34,179 nucleotides of DNA from Chlamydiales bacterium. Its GTDB lineage: Bacteria > Chlamydiota > Chlamydiia > Chlamydiales > JBDQID01. Positions 18,692 to 27,092 of the stretch are shown piece by piece. The notes under the pieces are model-generated. The model ran no database searches. It had not been told where the DNA came from and saw nothing but the letters and a program-made list of their open reading frames with translations. Positions within the stretch are counted from its first letter, which is position 1, and every line of letters begins with the position of its first letter. The translations under genes were made by a program, and so were the position numbers. The stretch covers positions 1 through 34,179 of the forward strand of contig JBLFWS010000017.1 in assembly GCA_047611865.1 (NCBI GenBank). Direction: 5' to 3'.

Positions 18692-20398
18692 ATGCAAAGT
18701 GATGATAGCAAAATTTCCGCACCTAATACGAAAAATCTGCCTAGATATATTGCAGAATTCCCGAAAAACACAATTTCCTGGATACTCACTAAACGGCAGT
18801 ACTGCGACCTCGAACTCCTTCTAAATAAATCCTTTTCCCCTTTAAAAGGATTCATGTGTGAAAATGAATACTATTCAGTACTCCAGAAAATGCGCCTTCC
18901 AGATGGAACACTTTGGCCGATACCTATAAACCTCGACATAGATGAAATTACTGCCAAATCACTAAAAAAAGGAAACTTCCTACTCCTTCGCAATGAAGAA
19001 GGGACTATTCTTGCATCGCTTCTAGTGAAAGACATCTGGAAGCCCAATTTAATGGATGAAGCTAAAGCCATCTATGAATCAACAAACCTCTACCATGCAG
19101 GTGTTTCCCGGCTAATTCAGCAGACAAACCCCTGGTATGTTGGAGGAGACACCCAAGAATATCACCCCATTAAATCTTATGACTTTCAAAACCTACGCTA
19201 CACTCCTGATGACTTAAAGAAAGAATTTCAAGCTCTTGGTTGGGAAAAAATCATCGCTTTTCAAACAAGAAATCCTATGCATAGAGTCCATTACGAACTT
19301 ACAATAAGATCTCTTGAGAAGCTTGATGCAAACCTATTAATTCACCCCGTTGTAGGAGAAACAAAACTTGGCGACATTGAATACTACACCCGAGTACGCT
19401 GCTACCAGGCTATTCTCCCACATTATCCAAAAAACAAAGCCATGCTCGCCTTACTCCCTCTTGCAATGCGCATGGCTGGACCAAAAGAAGCTTTATGGCA
19501 TGCCATCATCCGCAAAAATTATGGTTGCACACATTTTATTGTAGGTCGAGACCATGCAGGTCCCGGAAACGACCCTCAAGGCCAAGCCTTTTATGGTCAC
19601 TATGCTGCACAAAATCTCATAAAAAAATATGAAACCGAATTGGGTATATCTATGGTTCCTTTCGAAGCCATGCAGTATGTGAAAAACCGTAACGTTTACC
19701 TAACAAAAAATGAAGTTCAACCCAATGATGAGACCCTCAGTATCTCGGGAACCGAATTACGCCAGCTTCTCAAAAGCAATCAGGAAATCCCCCCATGGTT
19801 TACATTTCCACAAGTTGCAAAACTCCTAAAGAAAAGATATCTCTCGATTTACAAACAAGGCCTAACCATCTTCTTCACAGGTCTTTCGGCTTCAGGCAAA
19901 TCTTCTCTCGCACAAGCTTTACAAGTTAAACTTCTAGAAAAAGAAGAACGGCAAGTTACTCTCCTCGATGGAGACCTCGTCCGTAGACACCTTTCTTCAG
20001 AACTAGGATTTTCAAAAGAACACAGAGACTTAAATATCTTAAGAATTGCCTATGTAGCATCTGAAATCACAAAACACCGTGGAATCGCTATATGCTCACC
20101 CATAGCACCCTATGACCAAGTACGACAAGAAGTTCGTAGTATGATAAAAGATCAAGGTCAGTTTTTTCTCATCCATATGTCAACTCCCTTAAACACCTGT
20201 GAAGAAAGAGATTGCAAAGGCCTTTACGCCAAAGCGCGAGAAGGAATACTTAAAAATTTCACTGGGATCAGTGATCCCTATGAGATCCCTGAAAACGCAG
20301 ATCTGGCTGTTGACGCCTCTCAAATGTCTGTTGAGCAAGGATTAAGCCTGATCATAGAAGCCTTAAACAAAAAGGGGTATCTGCAAAATGACCTATGA
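18692..20398 (+). CDS. sat: Bifunctional sulfate adenylyltransferase / adenylylsulfate kinase (PAPS synthesis)
   Basis: ATP sulfurylase motifs AFQTRNPMHRVH and HFIVGRDHAG. C-terminal APS kinase with FFTGLSASGKS, LLDGDLVR and KGLYAKAR. RBS GGGAGA. Confidence 0.96.
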   Translation: MQSDDSKISAPNTKNLPRYIAEFPKNTISWILTKRQYCDLELLLNKSFSPLKGFMCENEYYSVLQKMRLPDGTLWPIPINLDIDEITAKSLKKGNFLLLRNEEGTILASLLVKDIWKPNLMDEAKAIYESTNLYHAGVSRLIQQTNPWYVGGDTQEYHPIKSYDFQNLRYTPDDLKKEFQALGWEKIIAFQTRNPMHRVHYELTIRSLEKLDANLLIHPVVGETKLGDIEYYTRVRCYQAILPHYPKNKAMLALLPLAMRMAGPKEALWHAIIRKNYGCTHFIVGRDHAGPGNDPQGQAFYGHYAAQNLIKKYETELGISMVPFEAMQYVKNRNVYLTKNEVQPNDETLSISGTELRQLLKSNQEIPPWFTFPQVAKLLKKRYLSIYKQGLTIFFTGLSASGKSSLAQALQVKLLEKEERQVTLLDGDLVRRHLSSELGFSKEHRDLNILRIAYVASEITKHRGIAICSPIAPYDQVRQEVRSMIKDQGQFFLIHMSTPLNTCEERDCKGLYAKAREGILKNFTGISDPYEIPENADLAVDASQMSVEQGLSLIIEALNKKGYLQNDL

Positions 20399-21389
20399 TT
20401 CAGAAAAATACATTGCAACCCAAGCTGTTGTCCTAGCATCAAAACTCTGCCGCAATATCCAAAAAAATTTGCTAGAAAAACATTGCCTCACCAAAATAGA
20501 CCAATCCCCTGTCACCATAGCTGATTACGCATCCCAGGCAGTGATTGCCCTATGTCTTTTCAAAAGCTTTCCCAATATACCCATACTTGGTGAAGAAGAC
20601 TCCGAAATACTACTATCAAAACCAGAATTCCTCTCTCAAGTAACCCAAGAAGTCCGTAAGAACATTCCTAATATAAGTGAAAAACAAATCCTGAAAGTTA
20701 TAGATCGCTCTTCCAGATTACCCCACTTACCCGATCTTTTCTGGACCCTAGACCCCATAGACGGTACTAAAGTCTTCATAAAAAGATCTCATTACGCCAT
20801 TGCACTGGCTTTAGTAAAAAAAGGTTCAGTAGTACTAGGTGTACTAGGTTGTCCTAATTTAACTCCTGATTTAATACCCAATGAAAATGGAACAATCTAC
20901 ATCGCCGAGAAAGGAAGAGGTGCACACAAACGTTCGGTTGACAATCCTGCTGAGACGATAATACAAGTCTCCCCCGAAAGAGATGTCAACAAATCTATAG
21001 TTTGTACTTCACCAATCTCAGACAAAAGCAAGGAGCTCGCATACCTAGTACATTCACTAAAAACCTCCAAAGAACCCGTATTTGTGCACGGACAATGTAA
21101 ATACGCTCTTGTTGCAGAAGGGATAGCCTCCCTGTACTATCGCCTCTCCCCTAACAAGTCCTATCAAGAAAAGATCTGGGATCACGCTGCCGGATCTATC
21201 CTCGTCAAGGAAGCTGGTGGTATAACTACCGATATAAAAGGAAAGGTTCTCGATTTTTCCATAGGGACTACTTTAAAAAACAACTGTGGGATCCTCTCAA
21301 CAACAAAAAACTTACAAGAAGTTCTTCTACAAAATATTAAAACTCACGAAGAAAGTAAAACCCTTCATCCTTCTCTAGCAGGTACATGA
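20388..21389 (+). CDS. cysQ: 3'(2'),5'-bisphosphate nucleotidase (PAP phosphatase, HAL2/CysQ type)
   Basis: SPVTIADYASQA, GEED, WTLDPIDGTK, GVLGCPNL, EKIWDHAAG. Overlaps sat-cysC by 11 nt. Confidence 0.92.
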   Translation: MTYDSEKYIATQAVVLASKLCRNIQKNLLEKHCLTKIDQSPVTIADYASQAVIALCLFKSFPNIPILGEEDSEILLSKPEFLSQVTQEVRKNIPNISEKQILKVIDRSSRLPHLPDLFWTLDPIDGTKVFIKRSHYAIALALVKKGSVVLGVLGCPNLTPDLIPNENGTIYIAEKGRGAHKRSVDNPAETIIQVSPERDVNKSIVCTSPISDKSKELAYLVHSLKTSKEPVFVHGQCKYALVAEGIASLYYRLSPNKSYQEKIWDHAAGSILVKEAGGITTDIKGKVLDFSIGTTLKNNCGILSTTKNLQEVLLQNIKTHEESKTLHPSLAGT

Positions 21390-21409
21390 CACATATATTT
21401 TATCACCTA

Positions 21410-21435
21410 TATACCGAAACAAGTTCAAAAAATTG
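21410..21435 (+). repeat. Dispersed intergenic motif (copy 2)
   Basis: TATACCGAAACAAGTTCAAAAAATTG, similar to 4110-4134. Confidence 0.3.
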
Positions 21436-21488
21436 CTTTGTGAACAAACTGAAGACTTTTGCCATAATTTTAAAGGGAGTAAGTTAAT

Positions 21489-22370
21489 ATGAGCGCTGCA
21501 CAAGAAATTGAACAAGAAATTCAAACTCGAATGATTTCTTTAGCTAATTATATGATGCAGAATGGTTATGGCTGCTACACGATCAAGGATACCAAGCTTC
21601 CATTAATGTTCAACTTCGAAGTCAAGCACAACGATACTCACAATCTTCCCATTCCCCCCATTCTTCTCGCTACACTCCCTAAATCTGCCAGTGTATACAT
21701 TTGGACTTACCTAAATATGGAACTCGGAATTCAGCAAATGCGTGTATCTGACTCGAAATTTACTGGAGAACGGATCATGGAAGGATCCATTGAAGAACTT
21801 TCAAGAGGTCGGAAAATTGCCCAAGGCCATATGCCTGCTTCAGATGAAAATCTGAAATTAATCGATAAATACCTTGGTCGAGTGGTTGTTAACGTCCGTG
21901 ACCCCCGCCAAGCCATTTTATCATGGGTACACTTTTGCAAATCCTTATTCGAAAAAGACGGTAAAGAAAACTACAAAGCCCTTTCGCCTACAGGGGATAG
22001 AAGCTATTTCGATTGGCCTATCACTAAACAAATCGATTTTTTCCTCGATAATAAATACCACGAATATGTCAATTGGATTGAACAATGGATTGATGCAGAG
22101 ATTAACCCTAACTTTGTATCTAGAATACATTTCGCTCAACATCGAGACTTAAACGAAAACCCACAAGCATATTTTGAAAAAATACTCACCTTCTATGGGA
22201 TCGATAAAAGTATGCTAAAATCAAAAGCTGGCAAGCCCAAGCAAGGAAAGCTCCACTTTCGTAAAGGACTTACTGATGAATGGAGAAGTATTTTTAACCC
22301 AAAACAAATTGAAAAAGTAAACCAACTCATGTCTAAAAGAATGATGGAAAAATTTGGCTGGGTAGCTTAA
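21489..22370 (+). CDS. PAPS-dependent sulfotransferase
   Basis: 5'-PSB loop TLPKSAS, putative catalytic His (QGHMP), 3'-PB motif VRDPRQAILS and C-terminal HFRKGLTDEW. RBS AAGGGAG. Confidence 0.9.
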   Translation: MSAAQEIEQEIQTRMISLANYMMQNGYGCYTIKDTKLPLMFNFEVKHNDTHNLPIPPILLATLPKSASVYIWTYLNMELGIQQMRVSDSKFTGERIMEGSIEELSRGRKIAQGHMPASDENLKLIDKYLGRVVVNVRDPRQAILSWVHFCKSLFEKDGKENYKALSPTGDRSYFDWPITKQIDFFLDNKYHEYVNWIEQWIDAEINPNFVSRIHFAQHRDLNENPQAYFEKILTFYGIDKSMLKSKAGKPKQGKLHFRKGLTDEWRSIFNPKQIEKVNQLMSKRMMEKFGWVA

Positions 22371-22497
22371 AATCAAGTAGATACCCTATGGCAAAAGTTG
22401 AATATGCTCAAGGTATCCGACACGATCAAGTCCCACCGCTTGTTCTTTTCTTTTAGAAAAAAAGAGAATGGCTATTCTTAATTATTCAAACCCGTGA

Positions 22498-23835
22498 TTA
22501 TGGCTTCCTTCTTTCCAGAGCCAGCATATCAACTAATTCAAAATTGCCAACAGCCTTAGCATGATCTGCTGGAGTCATACCATCTTCATCGCGAATGTTA
22601 TATTTTGCTTTGTAATGCAGCAAAACTTCTGCAACTTCAACACCCCCTTGAGCGGCAGCCAAATGCAGGGCTGTCCATCCTCCATCAGCTTGTACATTTA
22701 GAATATCAGCATCCCTTTCAAAGCTCTTCTTCAAAATGAGATCTACAAGCGGAGCATCGCCTCTATATGCCGCTTCATGTAAAACCGTCCAGCCCTCGCT
22801 GCTAGTAGAATTTAACGAAGCTCCTTTTTCAATAAGAACATCGACAACATCCAAATTTCCATCAGCCGTAGCAAGGTGCATCGCTGTAAATCCCTCTGAA
22901 TTTTTGGCATTGATTATCGAAGAAACTGTTCCTTCGCTCGCTATTCCCCTTACAGCTTCTACCATATCTTGTTGTGCTGCAATATGAAGAGCCGTCCAAC
23001 CCTCTTTGGTAGACTCATTAATGTTCGCTCCATGGCTGATCAATTCGCTAATTATGCGATTATAGCCTTTAAACGCTGCCAAATGAAGAGCCGTCCATCC
23101 CTCAGCATCTTTATTATCAATTTTCAGACCTCTTTCCTTACCAGAGGAGAGCAGCTCACCAACAATATCTTCATGCCCTTGATCAACAGCCACGTGAAGA
23201 ACACTCCATCCATCATTATCTACAACATTTAAATTTGCTCCTCGATCAATCAGAGCTCGGACTACATCAAAATGTTTTCCAAAAGCCGCAAGGTGAAGTG
23301 CCGTCCAATTTACATAATTTGTTGCATTAATGTTAGATCTCCAATCTGAATCATTATTCAAGAGAAACTCGACCATCTCCAAGTTTCCCTTTTCTGAAGC
23401 AATATGGAGAGCCGTTAGCTCATCAGTATTCGTAAGGTTAAGGTTAGCTCCCTTTTTCACTAAGAGCTTAACCATATCCAGGTGATTGACATAGCAGGCC
23501 ATATGAAGTGGCGTCCACCCTTCAACTGTCTGGGCATTGATATGTATCGATCTAGAAGTTCTGAAAATCATTTCAGCAAGTTTCAGATAACCTTGACGTG
23601 CTGCAACATGAAGAACATTCCAGCCTTCTTCATTCGTTACATTTACGTTAAGGCCTTTTGCCAGAAACTCCTCAACAACAGCTGTTTGGCCAGATATTGC
23701 GGCTTCATACATATACACTTCATCGGCAGAACGTCCCGAATAATTTTTTGCATTAGCTCCTGTAAAACAGAATGTCTGAGCTACCAGGAGTAAAGCAAGT
23801 AGAAGATTTCTTCTCAAATCCCAAAAGACACACAT
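22498..23835 (-). CDS. Secreted ankyrin-repeat protein (~12 repeats)
   Basis: Sec-type signal peptide ending ANA, then repeated GWT(A/P/V)LH(L/I)AA units. Confidence 0.93.
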   Translation of the reverse strand: MCVFWDLRRNLLLALLLVAQTFCFTGANAKNYSGRSADEVYMYEAAISGQTAVVEEFLAKGLNVNVTNEEGWNVLHVAARQGYLKLAEMIFRTSRSIHINAQTVEGWTPLHMACYVNHLDMVKLLVKKGANLNLTNTDELTALHIASEKGNLEMVEFLLNNDSDWRSNINATNYVNWTALHLAAFGKHFDVVRALIDRGANLNVVDNDGWSVLHVAVDQGHEDIVGELLSSGKERGLKIDNKDAEGWTALHLAAFKGYNRIISELISHGANINESTKEGWTALHIAAQQDMVEAVRGIASEGTVSSIINAKNSEGFTAMHLATADGNLDVVDVLIEKGASLNSTSSEGWTVLHEAAYRGDAPLVDLILKKSFERDADILNVQADGGWTALHLAAAQGGVEVAEVLLHYKAKYNIRDEDGMTPADHAKAVGNFELVDMLALERRKP

Positions 23836-23906
23836 CTTAACTCTCCCATCTTAATATCTAAGGAGCCTACTCCAAAAAGGGAGTAAAATAAAGTTTTATC
23901 TCTTCA

Positions 23907-24872
23907 TTATAGCGCAGTAAGAACTTGAGAACAAGACAGCAACTTTTCGAAATACATCACCGTATTCATAAGTCCTTCCTTAATCTGAACTTTAGGAGTC
24001 CAAGAAAGACTTTCCTGAGCAAGTGTAATGTCTGGCCTTCTTTGTCTTGGATCATCGGAAGGAAGAGGTAAAAAAGTCAGCTCAGATCGTGAGCCAGTCA
24101 GCTCAATGACCATTTCCGCCAACTCTAACATACTAAACTCTCCTGGATTCCCCAAGTTCACCGGTCCAGTTACCTCATCACCAGACTCCATCAAACTAAT
24201 AAAGCCTTCAATCATATCTGAAACAAAACAGAAGGAACGCGTTTGGGAGCCTTCTCCATAAATCGTTATCGGATCATTCTTTAGCGCCTGTACGATGAAA
24301 TTGGACACTACTCGACCATCTTCTGCTAGCATCCGGGGACCGTAAGTGTTAAAAATTCTGGCAATCTTAATTTTTAAGTCCCATTGCCGATGGTAGTCAA
24401 AAAATAACGTCTCAGCGCAACGCTTGCCCTCGTCATAACAGGATCGTTTTCCAATAGGATTCACGTTCCCCCAGTAGCTTTCCGTTTGCGGGTGCTCAAT
24501 AGGATCCCCGTAAACCTCACTAGTCGATGCCTGAAGGATTTTACATTTTAGTCTCTTGGCAAGTCCAAGCATATTGATGGCGCCATGAACGTTAGTTTTA
24601 GTCGTTTGCACCGGATCATGCTGATAAAAGACTGGAGAAGCAGGGCAGGCAAGGTTATAAATTTGATCTACCTCAACATACAAAGGAAAACATACATCGT
24701 GCCTTAAGAGCTCAAAATAGGGGTTATTCAACAAATGAGCGATATTGTCTTTATTCCCTGTAAAGAAATTATCCAAACAGATCACATCATAATTTTTTTC
24801 CAATAGGCTTTCACAAAGGTGAGACCCTAAAAAACCAGCTCCGCCGGTAACTAATACTCTTTCTTTTCTCAT
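23907..24872 (-). CDS. uxs: UDP-glucuronate decarboxylase (UDP-xylose synthase)
   Basis: [75 protein letters not shown]. Confidence 0.95.
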   Translation of the reverse strand: MRKERVLVTGGAGFLGSHLCESLLEKNYDVICLDNFFTGNKDNIAHLLNNPYFELLRHDVCFPLYVEVDQIYNLACPASPVFYQHDPVQTTKTNVHGAINMLGLAKRLKCKILQASTSEVYGDPIEHPQTESYWGNVNPIGKRSCYDEGKRCAETLFFDYHRQWDLKIKIARIFNTYGPRMLAEDGRVVSNFIVQALKNDPITIYGEGSQTRSFCFVSDMIEGFISLMESGDEVTGPVNLGNPGEFSMLELAEMVIELTGSRSELTFLPLPSDDPRQRRPDITLAQESLSWTPKVQIKEGLMNTVMYFEKLLSCSQVLTAL

Positions 24873-24980
24873 ATTATCCTTCCAAACAAAAAACGTCCTT
24901 CATTCATAGTACACGGAGGCGTTTGACTACAAGGAAAAAGCCCCTCCATGTTATAAGCTCACGAGAAAATAGAGGTCTCA

Positions 24981-25934
24981 ATGAAATATTTACTCTTTTT
25001 CCTTTCCCTGTCTCTTCAAATAGGCTTTTTAGCCTATACCTGCCCTCTTCCATCCAGTCAAATATTGGAGCAACAAACAATACGCTTCTTTCCTGTCCAT
25101 ATCATGGAAACTGATGACTGTATGGTTTCCTTTATCGAGGATGACTGTGGTAATAAGTTTGTTCTTAAACAAATCAAAGATCCTTCTCCTGAGGAACAAT
25201 TCCTACTAGTCCTTGATGCCTTTGCCTGCTCCATCGCAAATCAGCATCAGATCCCCATGAATCAACTTACCCTCATTCCTCCAAATAAAGATTTCCCAGG
25301 AAAATACTACAGCGACCGTCCCGCCTCATTACACACAATAGCTCCTGGCATGGCAGCTGTTGAAGAAAGTCCATGGCCATCATTTAACATACATCAAAAA
25401 TTCAGAAGGGAAAATTCACGGATGTATGCTAAATGGGGACCCCTCCCACAGGAACTCATGGGGTTGACGCCTGATGTAATACACCACATGTCTTTACATC
25501 CAACTCTGCCAAAAATTGTAGCTCTGGATACCTTTGTAGGGAATGCTGACAGAAGTAATCCTAATATTTTTTATGAATCCGTGACACATAGCTTTTGTGG
25601 AATTGATATGGCAGCATCTTTCAATAGTCCTCTCCCCGAAATAGCCTACTCTCAATTGGAGAAACTCTTCGACAAGGCTAATCCCCTCTTAAGTAAATCA
25701 AAACTCGATGCATTGAAATCTTACATGGCTATGCTAGATTCGCTAACTAAAATTTGGACTGTGGAAAAGCTGCACCTTACCCTCGATCACTTCGCTCAGC
25801 TAGCGGGATTCGAAGAAGGGAGTCTGTTAATGAATCAAGATGTGAAAAACAGAATCTCTTATCATAAAAAAGTTATGGAAGAAAATTATATTTCTTCCTG
25901 CAGACTCGTAAATCTACTCTCTATAATAGACTAA
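24981..25934 (+). CDS. Secreted atypical kinase, HipA/PI4K/Fam20-like fold
   Basis: N-terminal hydrophobic signal, FVLKQ (ATP-binding Lys), catalytic loop LDTFVGNADRSNPN and metal-binding GIDMAASF. Confidence 0.65.
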   Translation: MKYLLFFLSLSLQIGFLAYTCPLPSSQILEQQTIRFFPVHIMETDDCMVSFIEDDCGNKFVLKQIKDPSPEEQFLLVLDAFACSIANQHQIPMNQLTLIPPNKDFPGKYYSDRPASLHTIAPGMAAVEESPWPSFNIHQKFRRENSRMYAKWGPLPQELMGLTPDVIHHMSLHPTLPKIVALDTFVGNADRSNPNIFYESVTHSFCGIDMAASFNSPLPEIAYSQLEKLFDKANPLLSKSKLDALKSYMAMLDSLTKIWTVEKLHLTLDHFAQLAGFEEGSLLMNQDVKNRISYHKKVMEENYISSCRLVNLLSIID

Positions 25935-26025
25935 TTTTTGGGGCTACATAAGGCCTAGCGATCTGTCAGGTTTAAAATTGACAGAGCGCCAGATCGTAAT
26001 AAAAAAGTCACTAATCGGCAATAAA

Positions 26026-26277
26026 TTAAGCGATCTTTTTCTCAGAAACATTCTCTGACTCTTGAGGCTTACTCCATGAGTAAATACCCCATACACATAG
26101 GCAAAGATAAACGGAAAATAATACTGCGGAAGAATAAATGCCATTGTAGAGGAAAAAGCCAATCCAACCAACATTACTAATGGCCCAAATCCACTGACCC
26201 ACAACATTTTTCTTAATAACAAAAACATTGCCTATCAGGGATAGTACAACAAAAACCCAATCAATATACTGCAACAT
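26026..26277 (-). CDS. Half-size (3-TM) PnuC-like membrane protein
   Basis: DWVFVVLSLIG...WIWAISNVGWI...LYLCLCVWGIYSW-type helices with the WxxxN motif and GxYxW end of PnuC. Overlaps the upstream kinase gene by 17 nt. Confidence 0.65.
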   Translation of the reverse strand: MLQYIDWVFVVLSLIGNVFVIKKNVVGQWIWAISNVGWIGFFLYNGIYSSAVLFSVYLCLCVWGIYSWSKPQESENVSEKKIA

Positions 26278-26863
26278 GAGCAGACTCCAAGTTTAGTTTT
26301 TCTAAAACCTTTTCAGAGGCAGGCGAATACCCCTTAGAAGCAAATATTTCGTCAGACTCTATTCTGACCAATTTCTCTTGAACATGTTCTGGCAAGCTAT
26401 CGATATACACACGGAAAAGATCGCGAATTCTGTTACGATAAATAATACTGGAATCCCGCACTGCATCCACTGCGTAAGAATCCGTATCACTGGAGGGCTC
26501 CACAAGAACAATCACATCATATTCGGATTGCAACCATTGCAACGCTGCTTTCTGAAGTAATTCAAAATAGGTATGGGGGGTATTTCGATCATGCCAATAT
26601 ACAATAGCATCAAGAGAACAACGATCAATTACAGCTGCCTCATACTTATTCGCTTTTGCTTCCAACTCAGCTCTAATCTGAGTGTGTACCATCCAAATTT
26701 CAGTATCTGTCGATGCAGCTTCATTTATTGGAAAAGGGCAAGACCTGGCTTTTTCCTCAATAACTGTACTGTTAACCTGTCTTTCTTTTAGAGCCACACA
26801 TACCTGATGAGCCAGAGTTGTCTTCCCAACTCCATGAGTGCCCGTAATAGCAATCTTTCTCAC
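26261..26863 (-). CDS. NadR/Ttd14-like (AAA_28) P-loop nucleoside/nucleotide kinase
   Basis: KIAITGTHGVGKTT, EKAR, IDRCSLDAIVY, DAVRD. GTG start with RBS AGGAGG. Confidence 0.8.
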   Translation of the reverse strand: MRKIAITGTHGVGKTTLAHQVCVALKERQVNSTVIEEKARSCPFPINEAASTDTEIWMVHTQIRAELEAKANKYEAAVIDRCSLDAIVYWHDRNTPHTYFELLQKAALQWLQSEYDVIVLVEPSSDTDSYAVDAVRDSSIIYRNRIRDLFRVYIDSLPEHVQEKLVRIESDEIFASKGYSPASEKVLEKLNLESAHVAVY

Positions 26864-26882
26864 TTTTTCCTCCTGTACACAT

Positions 26883-26947
26883 AAGAAAACATGAAACCCG
26901 CCAAGACATCATTGCCTATCACGGTTCACCTGAATTTGTTGTTCAGA
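26883..26947 (-). promoter_or_regulatory. Two adjacent hairpins in the 5' leader of the kinase/PnuC-like operon
   Basis: On the minus strand: CTGAA-CAACAAA-TTCAG, then TGAACCG-TGAT-AGGCA-ATGA-TGTCT-TGG-CGGGTTTCA followed by TGTTTTCTT just before the RBS. Confidence 0.35.
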
Positions 26948-27092
26948 ACTAATTTTCAGAGAAATAATCCACAACATGAGAAGCCTTATAGCTAAAAAAT
27001 GATTACTTACCAAACGATACTTTTCGTGATTGTAGAAAACTTAGATCATGTGATATCCCAGCACTATTTGCTAATATTAATTAGGAGATCCT

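Noticed and set aside
18692..21389. Assimilatory sulfate reduction (cys) operon
   Set aside because: No PAPS/APS reductase, sulfite reductase or cysteine synthase in the window; the adjacent gene is a sulfotransferase.
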